64,000 nucleotides of DNA. It comes from Acidaminococcales bacterium (GTDB lineage Bacteria; Bacillota; Negativicutes; Acidaminococcales; JAISLQ01). The position numbers and the translations under genes are program-made. Under the pieces are notes generated by a model. It saw only the letters and a program-made list of their open reading frames with translations. It made no database searches and was not told the origin of the DNA. The first letter of the stretch is position 1, and the number at the start of each line of letters is the position of its first letter. Location: the NCBI GenBank assembly GCA_031551525.1, contig JAVBNN010000009.1, positions 1,120-65,119 on the forward strand, in the 5' to 3' direction. Positions 8,768-17,340 of this stretch are shown here, in pieces.

Positions 8768-9715
8768 ATGTACGATCTTTTTTTAGCAGCGCTTGTTTCA
8801 TTTGCCGCGACAGCATTATGCGGTGTAACTATCATCCCCTTCCTGCGACGCCTTAAGTTTGGGCAGAGCATCAGGGACTGCGGGCCCGAAGCCCATCTGA
8901 AAAAAGCCGGCACTCCTACAATGGGCGGTTTGATGCTTTTTCCGGCAGTATTATTGACGACCTTGTTTTTGGCGCCGGTAGACCATTTCACCTATCTGGC
9001 TCTCTTTCTTTTTTTTAGTCATGCGGCTATCGGTTTTGCCGACGACTATATAAAGGTAGTCCTCAAACGCAACCTGGGCCTGACTGCCAGGCAAAAACTG
9101 CTGGGCCAGACATTGGCGGCCGTACTGTTCATATTTTTCAATACCAGTGAAAACAGCATATGGATACCGGTGTTCAATACAGAACTGGAACTCGGACCAC
9201 TTTATTATCTACTGGTATTTTTGCTGCTTTTAGGCACCACCAACGCAGTAAACCTGACCGACGGCCTCGATGGCCTGGCCGCGGGGGCGACTATTCCGGT
9301 GCTCATAGTCTATGCTTTTATAGCTTTTTCTTTATCCCGCTCTCTGGCGGTTTTTGCGGTAGCCGTAGCAGGCGCCTGCGCAGGATTTCTTTTATTCAAC
9401 CGCCATCCGGCCAAAGTTTTCATGGGTGATACCGGATCATTGGCGCTCGGCGGGGCGGTAGCCGCGCTGGCCCTTTTAACAAAGACCGAACTTTTTTTGG
9501 TATTTATCGGCGGCCTTTATGTGATAGAGGCGCTTTCCGTCATTATACAAGTCATTTCCTTTAAAACACGCGGTAAAAGGATATTTCGCATGAGCCCTCT
9601 GCATCATCATTTTGAATTGGGCGGCTGGAGCGAACAAAAAGTAGTAAAGGCATTCTGGTTGGCCAGTACGGCTTTTTCGCTCGGCGGTTTGGCGCTGTGG
9701 CTTTCAGGGAGGTAG
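8768..9715 (+). CDS. mraY: Phospho-N-acetylmuramoyl-pentapeptide transferase
   Basis: Polytopic membrane protein with KKAGTPTMGG, NAVNLTDGLDGLA and MSPLHHHFEL. Confidence 0.95.
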   Translation: MYDLFLAALVSFAATALCGVTIIPFLRRLKFGQSIRDCGPEAHLKKAGTPTMGGLMLFPAVLLTTLFLAPVDHFTYLALFLFFSHAAIGFADDYIKVVLKRNLGLTARQKLLGQTLAAVLFIFFNTSENSIWIPVFNTELELGPLYYLLVFLLLLGTTNAVNLTDGLDGLAAGATIPVLIVYAFIAFSLSRSLAVFAVAVAGACAGFLLFNRHPAKVFMGDTGSLALGGAVAALALLTKTELFLVFIGGLYVIEALSVIIQVISFKTRGKRIFRMSPLHHHFELGGWSEQKVVKAFWLASTAFSLGGLALWLSGR

Positions 9716-9719
9716 TTCA

Positions 9720-11081
9720 ATGTTCAAAGACAAAAAAATATTGATATTTGGCGCCGGAGTAAGCGGGGTGGGAGTAGCTGCCGTGTTGGCGGATGAAGGC
9801 GCCGAAACTGTTATTTATGATGAAAACCTGCCGCAAGAAAAGCAAAAATCTTTAACTGAACAAAATATCCCTTTCCTGACAGGCCCCCTGACGGCTGATT
9901 TTCTCTCCACGCAGGACTTTATGATACTTTCTCCCGGCGTGTCCATCTACAGTAAACTGGTCGAACGGGCCGGGGCGGTCGGCGTAAAGGTGCTAGCAGA
10001 GGTAGAAGTGGCGGCCCGGCTTTTTCCGGGCAAACTTATAGCTATAACAGGTACAAATGGCAAGACGACTACTACCATGCTGCTTGGCCAGATGCTGGGG
10101 AAACTCCCGGTAAAAAGCGCCGTGGGCGGTAATATAGGTGATGCCCTTTCGGTGGCTGCCAAAACACTGCCTGCTAAAAATGACATTTTGCTGGCGGAAA
10201 TATCCAGTTTTCAAATGGAGAGCGTGGATACCTTTCACCCTAATATCGCAGCCGTTCTCAACCTGACGCCCGACCATCTCGACCGGCACCGCACCTTTGC
10301 CGAATACAAAAGACGCAAAGAGGCCGTCTTTGCGAGGCAGACACCGGATGACTATCTGGTGCTGAATTTTGATGACACAGAAGTAAAAGACATGGCCGAA
10401 CGGGCTAAAGCGCGCACAGTTTTTTTCAGCGGTAAGCAGGAACTGCCGGAAGGCGCTTTTTTGCAAAATAATATAATAACCATCTTCTGGCAAGGGGAAA
10501 AATACGAAGTGTGCCCGACGTCAGCCATGCAGATTTTTGGCGCGCACAACGTTGAAAATGCTTTAGCGGCCTCTATATGCGCTTTTTTAGCTGGAGTACC
10601 GATAGCTGATATTAGAAATGTTCTCGAGAACTTTGAAGGGGTAGAGCACCGGCTGGAGTACGTGGCGACGGTTGCCGGGGTGCCCTACTATAACGACTCC
10701 AAGGCCACCAACCCCGAATCGGCGGTAAAGGCGCTGGAGGCTTTTGCCGGAAATATAGTGCTGATAGCGGGTGGCAAGGACAAATTGACCGACCTGTCGG
10801 AATTCATGGCTTTGGCAAAAGAAAAGACCAGCTTATGCATATTTTTGGGTGAAGCCCGGGAACGTTTCTCTCGGGAAGCGCAAACCGCAGGAGTTGGCAA
10901 AATTTTTCTGGCCGGTACATTTGAAGAAGCGGTGGAAAAAGCACATTCTTTTGCGAAGCCGCCCCAGGTGGTGCTTTTGTCGCCGGCCTGTTCGTCTTTT
11001 GACATGTTTAACAATTTTCCCGAGCGCGGCAGGTATTTCAAACAACTGGTAAAAACCTACAAATCAAGGGAAAAAACCTAG
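9720..11081 (+). CDS. murD: UDP-N-acetylmuramoylalanine--D-glutamate ligase
   Basis: N-terminal Rossmann fold GAGVSGVGVA, P-loop ITGTNGKTTTT, LNLTPDHLDRH and YNDSKATNP. Confidence 0.93.
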   Translation: MFKDKKILIFGAGVSGVGVAAVLADEGAETVIYDENLPQEKQKSLTEQNIPFLTGPLTADFLSTQDFMILSPGVSIYSKLVERAGAVGVKVLAEVEVAARLFPGKLIAITGTNGKTTTTMLLGQMLGKLPVKSAVGGNIGDALSVAAKTLPAKNDILLAEISSFQMESVDTFHPNIAAVLNLTPDHLDRHRTFAEYKRRKEAVFARQTPDDYLVLNFDDTEVKDMAERAKARTVFFSGKQELPEGAFLQNNIITIFWQGEKYEVCPTSAMQIFGAHNVENALAASICAFLAGVPIADIRNVLENFEGVEHRLEYVATVAGVPYYNDSKATNPESAVKALEAFAGNIVLIAGGKDKLTDLSEFMALAKEKTSLCIFLGEARERFSREAQTAGVGKIFLAGTFEEAVEKAHSFAKPPQVVLLSPACSSFDMFNNFPERGRYFKQLVKTYKSREKT

Positions 11082-11107
11082 GATAACGGGATTTTTTTGG
11101 AGGTCTT

Positions 11108-12214
11108 ATGCGCATCGTTATTTCAGGCGGCGGTACCGGCGGGCACATATATCCGGCACTGGCGATTGCCGAAGAACTGGAAAGAGTACGACCGGAAACG
11201 GAAATAATTTTTGTCGGCAGTAAAAAAGGGATGGAAAACGGCATCCTGGCAAAATACAGTTATAAAGTTTACCAGATCGGAGTGAGCGGTTTTGACCGCA
11301 AACTAGGCTTCGATACGTTGTTTTCCGCCAAAAATGCAGTAAAGGGGTTGCAAGAAGCTTTTAACCTGATAAAAAAACTTAAACCGGATGCGGTTATCGG
11401 CACAGGCGGCTATGTTTGCGGTCCTGTCGTCCTGGCCGCCGCCCTCAGCGGCATAAAGACCTGCATACAGGAACAGAACGCCGTTCCGGGAGTGACCAAT
11501 AAAATACTTTCCCGCTTCGCGAAACGTATTTACCTTGGCAGTCCGGGCGCGCAGGATTTCCTTCCGAAAAGTAAAGCAATAGTGCTGAGCGGTAACCCGG
11601 TGCGTAAAGACATATTGAGCACCGACCGTCTCGAAGGACTTTCCGCTTTACAACTGGACGGCGGCAAACTGACCGTTTTGATATCCGGCGGTAGTCGCGG
11701 TGCGATGAGTATGAACCACGCCATGTTATACGTAAATGACAAACTGGCTGGCCGCGCAGATGTGCAGATAGTACATATAACAGGGAAAAGCGGCCATGGT
11801 ATAGTCCTGGAGGGCTTATCGGTCAAGGCAAAAAAAGCCGATAATATAAAAATAACACCGTATTTGGATGATATGCCGCTGGCACTGGCGGTGGCCGACC
11901 TTGCAGTTTTTCGTGCCGGGGCGCTGGGACTTGCGGAACTGGCCGCGCGTGGGGTGCCGTCTATACTGGTTCCCTATCCATATGCGGCGGCCAATCACCA
12001 GGAACACAATGCGCGCGCTTTTGAAAAAGAAGGAGCGGCTATTGTAGTGCGAGATAAAGAACTCACCGGGGAAGGGCTGTTGGGCCTTATTGAGATACTC
12101 CTCGCGGACCGCCAGCGCCTCCAGCAAATGGCTGATTGCGCCAAAAAACTGGGGCGGCCTAACGCAGCAGAAGATATCGTAGCAGATATTATAGAAATGA
12201 TTGAAAAAAAGTGA
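11108..12214 (+). CDS. murG: Undecaprenyldiphospho-muramoylpentapeptide beta-N-acetylglucosaminyltransferase
   Basis: ISGGGTGGHIYPALAIAEEL, GGYVCGPV and GALGLAELAARGVPSILVPYPYAAANHQEHNA. Confidence 0.95.
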   Translation: MRIVISGGGTGGHIYPALAIAEELERVRPETEIIFVGSKKGMENGILAKYSYKVYQIGVSGFDRKLGFDTLFSAKNAVKGLQEAFNLIKKLKPDAVIGTGGYVCGPVVLAAALSGIKTCIQEQNAVPGVTNKILSRFAKRIYLGSPGAQDFLPKSKAIVLSGNPVRKDILSTDRLEGLSALQLDGGKLTVLISGGSRGAMSMNHAMLYVNDKLAGRADVQIVHITGKSGHGIVLEGLSVKAKKADNIKITPYLDDMPLALAVADLAVFRAGALGLAELAARGVPSILVPYPYAAANHQEHNARAFEKEGAAIVVRDKELTGEGLLGLIEILLADRQRLQQMADCAKKLGRPNAAEDIVADIIEMIEKK

Positions 12215-12230
12215 CCACGGAGGGTTTAAA

Positions 12231-13604
12231 ATGCTGGAAAAAATAAAGAAAGTGCATTTTATTGGCATAGGCGGTGTTGGCATGAGCGCTATCGCCTATG
12301 TGCTAAATAAACTTGGCTATGAAGTTTCCGGCTCGGACGAAAAAACCAGTCGTCTGACAGAAAGTCTCGCCGCCGAAGGCGTGAAGATATACTGCGGTCA
12401 TGCCAGGGGACAAATCGGAGATTGTGATGCTGTAGTATTGTCTACCGCGATAAACTGCGCAAATCCTGAAGTAAAAGAAGCCGAGGAACGTAACATACCG
12501 GTGCTGCACCGCTCGGATATGCTGGCCGATCTCATAAACAGCCATTATGGTATTGCGGTAGCCGGAGCGCACGGGAAAACCACCACCACCTCCATGCTTT
12601 CCTGCCTGGCTGTGGCGGCCGGCCTTGATCCGACCGTACTTATCGGAGGTGAAGTAGCAGCGCTTGGCGGCAACGCTCTTTGTGGCAACAGTCGTTACCT
12701 GATAGCCGAGGCGGACGAAAGTGACGGCTCTTTTTTGAAATTTTTCCCCCATATTGCCATCATAACGAATATAGAAAACGACCATATGGATTTTTATCAA
12801 ACCATGGATCGTATGAATAAGGCCTTCGAACAGTTCATGGGGCAACTGATGGAAGATGGCGTCATTGTTTTGTGTTTTGAAGATGAACTACTAAGAGCCA
12901 TGTCCGCAAAAACTAAAAACCGCGTCATTTCCTACGCGATAGATCAGGAAGCGGATTACCGGGCGCTCAATGTTGAATATAAAACGGACGGAACCTATTA
13001 TGACGCAGTATATAAAGGAGAAAAACTGGGCAGGGTAAAACTGTCCGTACCCGGTCGCCACAACGTGCTCAATTCATTGGCGGTCATTGCGGTGGGGCGG
13101 TTTTTGAACCTTGCTTTCAATGATATATCGGGGGCACTGGCGGATTTTTCTGGAGCCAAGAGGCGGTTTGAAGTAAAAGGCAAGGTAAAAGGCGCGGTGA
13201 TAGTAGACGACTACGCCCATCATCCCACGGAGATAATGACAACCCTGTCTGCCGCACGCCAGAGGAGCCCCGAGCGGCTGATCTGCGCTTTTCAACCGCA
13301 CCGTTACACCCGGACACAGCTTTTACAAGAGGAATTTGGCGGATGTTTCGCGGTTTGCGACATCCTCTTGCTGACCGATATTTACGCGGCCAGCGAACAG
13401 CCTATAACCGGCATAGACGGGCAGACCCTCGTAGACGAGGTCAGACGCCAAACCGGCCAACAGGTAGTTTATGCCGCTACAGTAGATGAAGCGGCCGACT
13501 ATCTATATTCCATAATACAAAATGGCGATATGATCGTCACGGTAGGGGCCGGGGATATATATAAAGCGGGAGAAAAACTGCTGACCAAAAATACAGAACC
13601 ATAA
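12231..13604 (+). CDS. murC: UDP-N-acetylmuramate--L-alanine ligase
   Basis: VHFIGIGGVGMSAIA, GAHGKTTTTSM, EADESDGSF and DDYAHHPTE. Start moved to MLEKIKK (ATG 12231) behind GGAGGG. Confidence 0.93.
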   Translation: MLEKIKKVHFIGIGGVGMSAIAYVLNKLGYEVSGSDEKTSRLTESLAAEGVKIYCGHARGQIGDCDAVVLSTAINCANPEVKEAEERNIPVLHRSDMLADLINSHYGIAVAGAHGKTTTTSMLSCLAVAAGLDPTVLIGGEVAALGGNALCGNSRYLIAEADESDGSFLKFFPHIAIITNIENDHMDFYQTMDRMNKAFEQFMGQLMEDGVIVLCFEDELLRAMSAKTKNRVISYAIDQEADYRALNVEYKTDGTYYDAVYKGEKLGRVKLSVPGRHNVLNSLAVIAVGRFLNLAFNDISGALADFSGAKRRFEVKGKVKGAVIVDDYAHHPTEIMTTLSAARQRSPERLICAFQPHRYTRTQLLQEEFGGCFAVCDILLLTDIYAASEQPITGIDGQTLVDEVRRQTGQQVVYAATVDEAADYLYSIIQNGDMIVTVGAGDIYKAGEKLLTKNTEP

Positions 13605-13633
13605 AGAACACTAAACATTGAGGAGCTTGGCCG

Positions 13634-14395
13634 GTGTCCACTGTTGAGCGCATACAGGAAAAGCGCCTGGTAAAAAGGCGTATCAAATTCAAGAAAATAG
13701 CAATGTATGCTTTGACGGCAGTTTCTTTTGTGGCGTTGTTTTTTTTGCTACGCCAGCCCTGGTTTGCTTTTGGCACAGTATATATAACCGGGACGGAAAG
13801 ACTGAGCCGCCAGGAAATACTCGCCCTTACCGGTCTTAAAGAACCGGTCAACCTTATTATTCTCGATAAGGCCAACGTAGAACACATCCTAACTAACGAC
13901 CTTAGAATAAAAAAAGCGGCAGTGTCGTATGAATTGCCCAACATATTGCGCATAGACATACTGGAAGAAGCGCCGTTCTTTTATATAAAGACCAGTTATG
14001 GTTTTGCCGGTGTCCGTTCAGACGGCAAACTAATGTCAGCCGGGAAAAACATAAAAGACGCACTGGCGCCTGTTTTGACTGGTGTATCGATTGGCAATAC
14101 CTTTGTCGGGGATACAGTTTCCACAAAAGAAATAAATTATTTCAGGGATTTTTTAACTACCGCAGGTACCGAAGCGCGCGGCAAAATAGCGGAAATACAT
14201 ATAAATTCTTCCGGCAAAGCGAAAATATTTGATCTGTCAGGAGTGCCCTACATAATAGGCGATCTGACAGAGGCGGGGAAAAAATCCATGACTTTTTCTG
14301 CCATAGTCAAAGAAATAAACGAAAAAAATCTGGCTGTCGAATTTGCGGACTTGTCATATTCAAAACCCTATATTAAGATAAAAAAGCAGTCATAA
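13634..14395 (+). CDS. ftsQ: Cell division protein FtsQ/DivIB (POTRA domain)
   Basis: Basic N-terminus, a single TM (MYALTAVSFVALFFLL) and a POTRA-like segment VYITGTERLSRQEILALTGL. Located after murC. Confidence 0.75.
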   Translation: MSTVERIQEKRLVKRRIKFKKIAMYALTAVSFVALFFLLRQPWFAFGTVYITGTERLSRQEILALTGLKEPVNLIILDKANVEHILTNDLRIKKAAVSYELPNILRIDILEEAPFFYIKTSYGFAGVRSDGKLMSAGKNIKDALAPVLTGVSIGNTFVGDTVSTKEINYFRDFLTTAGTEARGKIAEIHINSSGKAKIFDLSGVPYIIGDLTEAGKKSMTFSAIVKEINEKNLAVEFADLSYSKPYIKIKKQS

Positions 14396-14424
14396 TAAAT
14401 GTCTGCTGAAAGCGAGGAAGGAAA

Positions 14425-15123
14425 ATGTTCCCCAACAAGCAAGCCAGGCTGGTTGTTACTTTTATCTGCCTGATACTTGGATTGATGCTTGCTACCCAGT
14501 TTAGAACAGTAGAGAATTTGAAAGCTAATGCTTTGCCTTACCAAAGGCTGGAAGACTTGACGGAAAAACTCAAGCGGGCAGAAAAAGAACGCACTGATCT
14601 AATGGTGGAGCTGCAAAGATTTAAGGAAGAAGCCGGTAGCGAAGTACAGGCAAAAGAAAGCCGGTTGCTGCAAATGTACGCGGGTACTTTGCCTATGCAA
14701 GGACCGGGAGTCCTTGTGACCATCGACGACAGCAAGATGCCAGCAAAACCGGGCGATAACCCAAATATTTACCTGATACATGACGACGATCTTTTGAAAG
14801 TAATAAACGAACTCAAGGCGGCCGGGGCGGAAGCTATCTCAATAAACGAACAGCGTTTGATCGCCACCTCGGAAATACGCTGTGCCGGGCCCACCGTATC
14901 TGTCAACAACGTCCGTTCCTCGCCGCCTTATATCATAAAGGCGATCGGTGATCCACAAAGCCTCGACGCATCGTTGAAAATGCGCGGCGGAGTAATAGAA
15001 ACGCTGAAATTCTGGGGCATACAGGTGCAGACCAAAAAAGAAGAAAAGCTCAAAGTGCCAGGATATGGCGGGGTTTTTCGCTTTGATTATGCAAAACCTG
15101 TGGAAGAAGGTACAAAACAATGA
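14425..15123 (+). CDS. DUF881 family division-associated protein (YlxW/YlxX-like)
   Basis: N-terminal TM, coiled coil, and GPGVLVTIDD...HDDDLLKVINELKAAGAEAISINEQR, typical of DUF881. Confidence 0.75.
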   Translation: MFPNKQARLVVTFICLILGLMLATQFRTVENLKANALPYQRLEDLTEKLKRAEKERTDLMVELQRFKEEAGSEVQAKESRLLQMYAGTLPMQGPGVLVTIDDSKMPAKPGDNPNIYLIHDDDLLKVINELKAAGAEAISINEQRLIATSEIRCAGPTVSVNNVRSSPPYIIKAIGDPQSLDASLKMRGGVIETLKFWGIQVQTKKEEKLKVPGYGGVFRFDYAKPVEEGTKQ

Positions 15124-15449
15124 TATACCCTTTGCTAGGGCTGTTTGCGGGTATACTTCTGGGAAGTGTTTTTTCCCTGCATGTACCGCACGAATATTCT
15201 AAGTTCATGTCGGTTGCCCTCATGGCGGGTCTCGATTCAGTATTTGGTGGTATACGCTCCGCCATGGAAGAAAAATATGATAACATGATATTTATCACGG
15301 GTTTTTTTACCAACACGCTCCTGGCAGTCGGTCTGACCTATGTGGGAGAGCGGCTGTCCATAGATCTTTATTTTGTCGCCGTACTGACTTTTGGCTTGCG
15401 TATGTTCCAAAACCTTGCCATCATCCGGCGGTTGTTTTTAAAAAAATAA
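15120..15449 (+). CDS. sbp: Small basic protein Sbp (DUF1290)
   Basis: A 109-aa membrane protein that overlaps the DUF881 stop, in the same position as sbp in Bacillus and Clostridium dcw clusters. Confidence 0.65.
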   Translation: MIYPLLGLFAGILLGSVFSLHVPHEYSKFMSVALMAGLDSVFGGIRSAMEEKYDNMIFITGFFTNTLLAVGLTYVGERLSIDLYFVAVLTFGLRMFQNLAIIRRLFLKK

Positions 15450-15564
15450 TTTTAGAACATACATATTGTGTTTGTTTAAAGAGTAAGGTACTATATATAA
15501 CAAAGATTGCTAAAATTGGAAGAAGATTTAGCCGCCAACAAGTGGTTAAGGAGGAACATAGCGG

Positions 15565-16680
15565 ATGATGGAAATGGAAATGGATATAAGTACCCTTGCC
15601 AACATCAAGGTAGTTGGGGTAGGCGGGGGCGGCACCAACGCGGTAAACCGCATGATTATGGCCGGTGTAAACGGCGTGGAGTTTATCTCGGTAAACACCG
15701 ACTCCCAGGCGCTCTTGTATGCTCATGCTCCTACCCGCATCCAGATCGGTGAAAAACTCACGCGAGGGCGCGGAGCTGGCGCCAATCCTGAAATCGGCGC
15801 CCAGGCGGCGGAAGAATCTCGAGAACAATTACTGGAACTATTAAAAGACGCAGAAATGGTCTTTGTTACCGCCGGAATGGGTGGCGGTACCGGCACAGGT
15901 GCTGCCCCAATCGTTGCCGAATGTGCGCGGCAAGTGGGCGCTCTTACAGTAGGCGTGGTTACCAAGCCCTTTGCTTTTGAAGGAAAACGTCGCCAAAGCC
16001 AGGCCGAATATGGCATCAGTAAACTCAAAGAAAAAGTGGATACGCTGATAACCATTCCCAATGACCGCCTGATGCAGGTGATCGACAAACGCACACCTAT
16101 GCTGGAAGCTTTTCGGATCGCCGACGATATTTTACGCCAGGGCGTGCAAGGCATTTCGGACCTCATCGCTGTTCCTGGCCTCATCAATCTTGACTTTGCC
16201 GACGTACGCACCATCATGTCAGATGCGGGCAGTGCCCTGATGGGTATAGGCGTGGCAAAAGGCGAGGGCGGGGCACTGGCGGCCGCCGAGTCTGCCATCA
16301 AAAGCCCGCTTCTCGAAACCTCGATAGACGGAGCGCGCGGTGTGCTGTTTAATATCACCGGCGGTAAAAACCTGAGTTTGTTCGACGTAAACGAAGCCTC
16401 GCAGATCATTGCCGATGCCGCGGATAAAGATGCTAACATAATTTTTGGCGCGGTCATCGACGAAGCAATGGACGAAGAAATACGAGTTACAGTAATCGCC
16501 ACCTGTTTTGAGCAACGTCTTGGCAAGTCTGCCACCTTTTCCGTGCCGGGGCTTTCGTTACCGGACGTTAAAAGTCAGCCTGTACCGGCAACCGCCTCCA
16601 ACGCAGGGAAGGAAGACTTTTGGTCAGTACCGCCCTGGATGGTCAGTCGCAAAGAAAAACCCCCTGCGACAGATAAATAA
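15565..16680 (+). CDS. ftsZ: Cell division GTPase FtsZ
   Basis: [17 protein letters not shown] and the tubulin signature [16 protein letters not shown], with the T7 loop NDRL. Confidence 0.97.
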   Translation: MMEMEMDISTLANIKVVGVGGGGTNAVNRMIMAGVNGVEFISVNTDSQALLYAHAPTRIQIGEKLTRGRGAGANPEIGAQAAEESREQLLELLKDAEMVFVTAGMGGGTGTGAAPIVAECARQVGALTVGVVTKPFAFEGKRRQSQAEYGISKLKEKVDTLITIPNDRLMQVIDKRTPMLEAFRIADDILRQGVQGISDLIAVPGLINLDFADVRTIMSDAGSALMGIGVAKGEGGALAAAESAIKSPLLETSIDGARGVLFNITGGKNLSLFDVNEASQIIADAADKDANIIFGAVIDEAMDEEIRVTVIATCFEQRLGKSATFSVPGLSLPDVKSQPVPATASNAGKEDFWSVPPWMVSRKEKPPATDK

Positions 16681-16696
16681 CTCTATATTTTATATA

Positions 16697-16726
16697 AAAC
16701 TGCCGGTTATGAGACCGGCAGTTTTC
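16697..16726 (+). terminator. Rho-independent terminator after ftsZ
   Basis: CTGCCGGT (16700-16707), a 6-nt loop and ACCGGCAG (16714-16721), followed by TTTT. Confidence 0.75.
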
Positions 16727-16770
16727 AATATATAGTGTACGTCAAAAAATACATATACTATATATTGAAA
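16723..16770 (+). promoter_or_regulatory. Tandem NrdR boxes upstream of nrdR-nrdD-nrdG
   Basis: Box 1 is tttCAATATATAGtgt (16723-16738) and box 2 is ataCTATATATTGaaa (16755-16770). Both cores match the published NrdR-box core CwAtATaTwG perfectly. Box centres are 32 bp apart, the usual tandem spacing. Confidence 0.8.
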
Positions 16771-16848
16771 AATGAAGTTTGTTGTGCGATAATAAAACAC
16801 GGGTGAAAAATGAACCCTACCAAAAAAATCGGGAAGGTGTGAAGTACA

Positions 16849-17340
16849 TTGAAATGTCCTTTTTGCGCCTACTTTGACAGCAGAGTAGTCGATTCGCGTG
16901 CTATCGAAGACGCTACCGCGATCCGTCGTCGCCGTGAATGCCCTTCTTGCAACAAAAGATTTACTACTTATGAAAAAATGGAAGAAATACCTTTGATGGT
17001 AGTAAAAAAAGACGGGCGCAGAGAGATATTCAATGAAAAGAAACTATTTGGCGGCTTGGTGAAAGCTTTTGAAAAACGCCCCGTACCCATCGAACGCATA
17101 CAGGAACTGGCTGACAAAGTGGAACGGGAAGTACGCGGCACGGGGGAAGCTGAGATCGCCAGTGAACGCATCGGCGAAGCAGTCATGCGCTATATTGCCG
17201 AAGTCGACCAGATAGCATATGTACGCTTTGCTTCAGTATATCGGCAATTCGCCGATGTAAACAATTTCATGCAGGAAATACAGCATATAATGAAAAACAC
17301 ACAGCATACGCCGGAAAAGGGGAAAAACAAAGATGTTTGA
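16849..17340 (+). CDS. nrdR: Transcriptional repressor NrdR
   Basis: TTG start. MKCPFCAYFDSRVVDSR...RRRRECPSCNKRFTTYE zinc ribbon followed by an ATP-cone. Confidence 0.95.
   Translation: MKCPFCAYFDSRVVDSRAIEDATAIRRRRECPSCNKRFTTYEKMEEIPLMVVKKDGRREIFNEKKLFGGLVKAFEKRPVPIERIQELADKVEREVRGTGEAEIASERIGEAVMRYIAEVDQIAYVRFASVYRQFADVNNFMQEIQHIMKNTQHTPEKGKNKDV

Noticed and set aside
15723-16535. 270-aa minus-strand ORF antisense to ftsZ
   Set aside because: FtsZ on the plus strand is unambiguous. The antisense product is Ala/Ser/Pro/Arg-rich, typical of a shadow frame opposite a Gly/Ala-rich gene.
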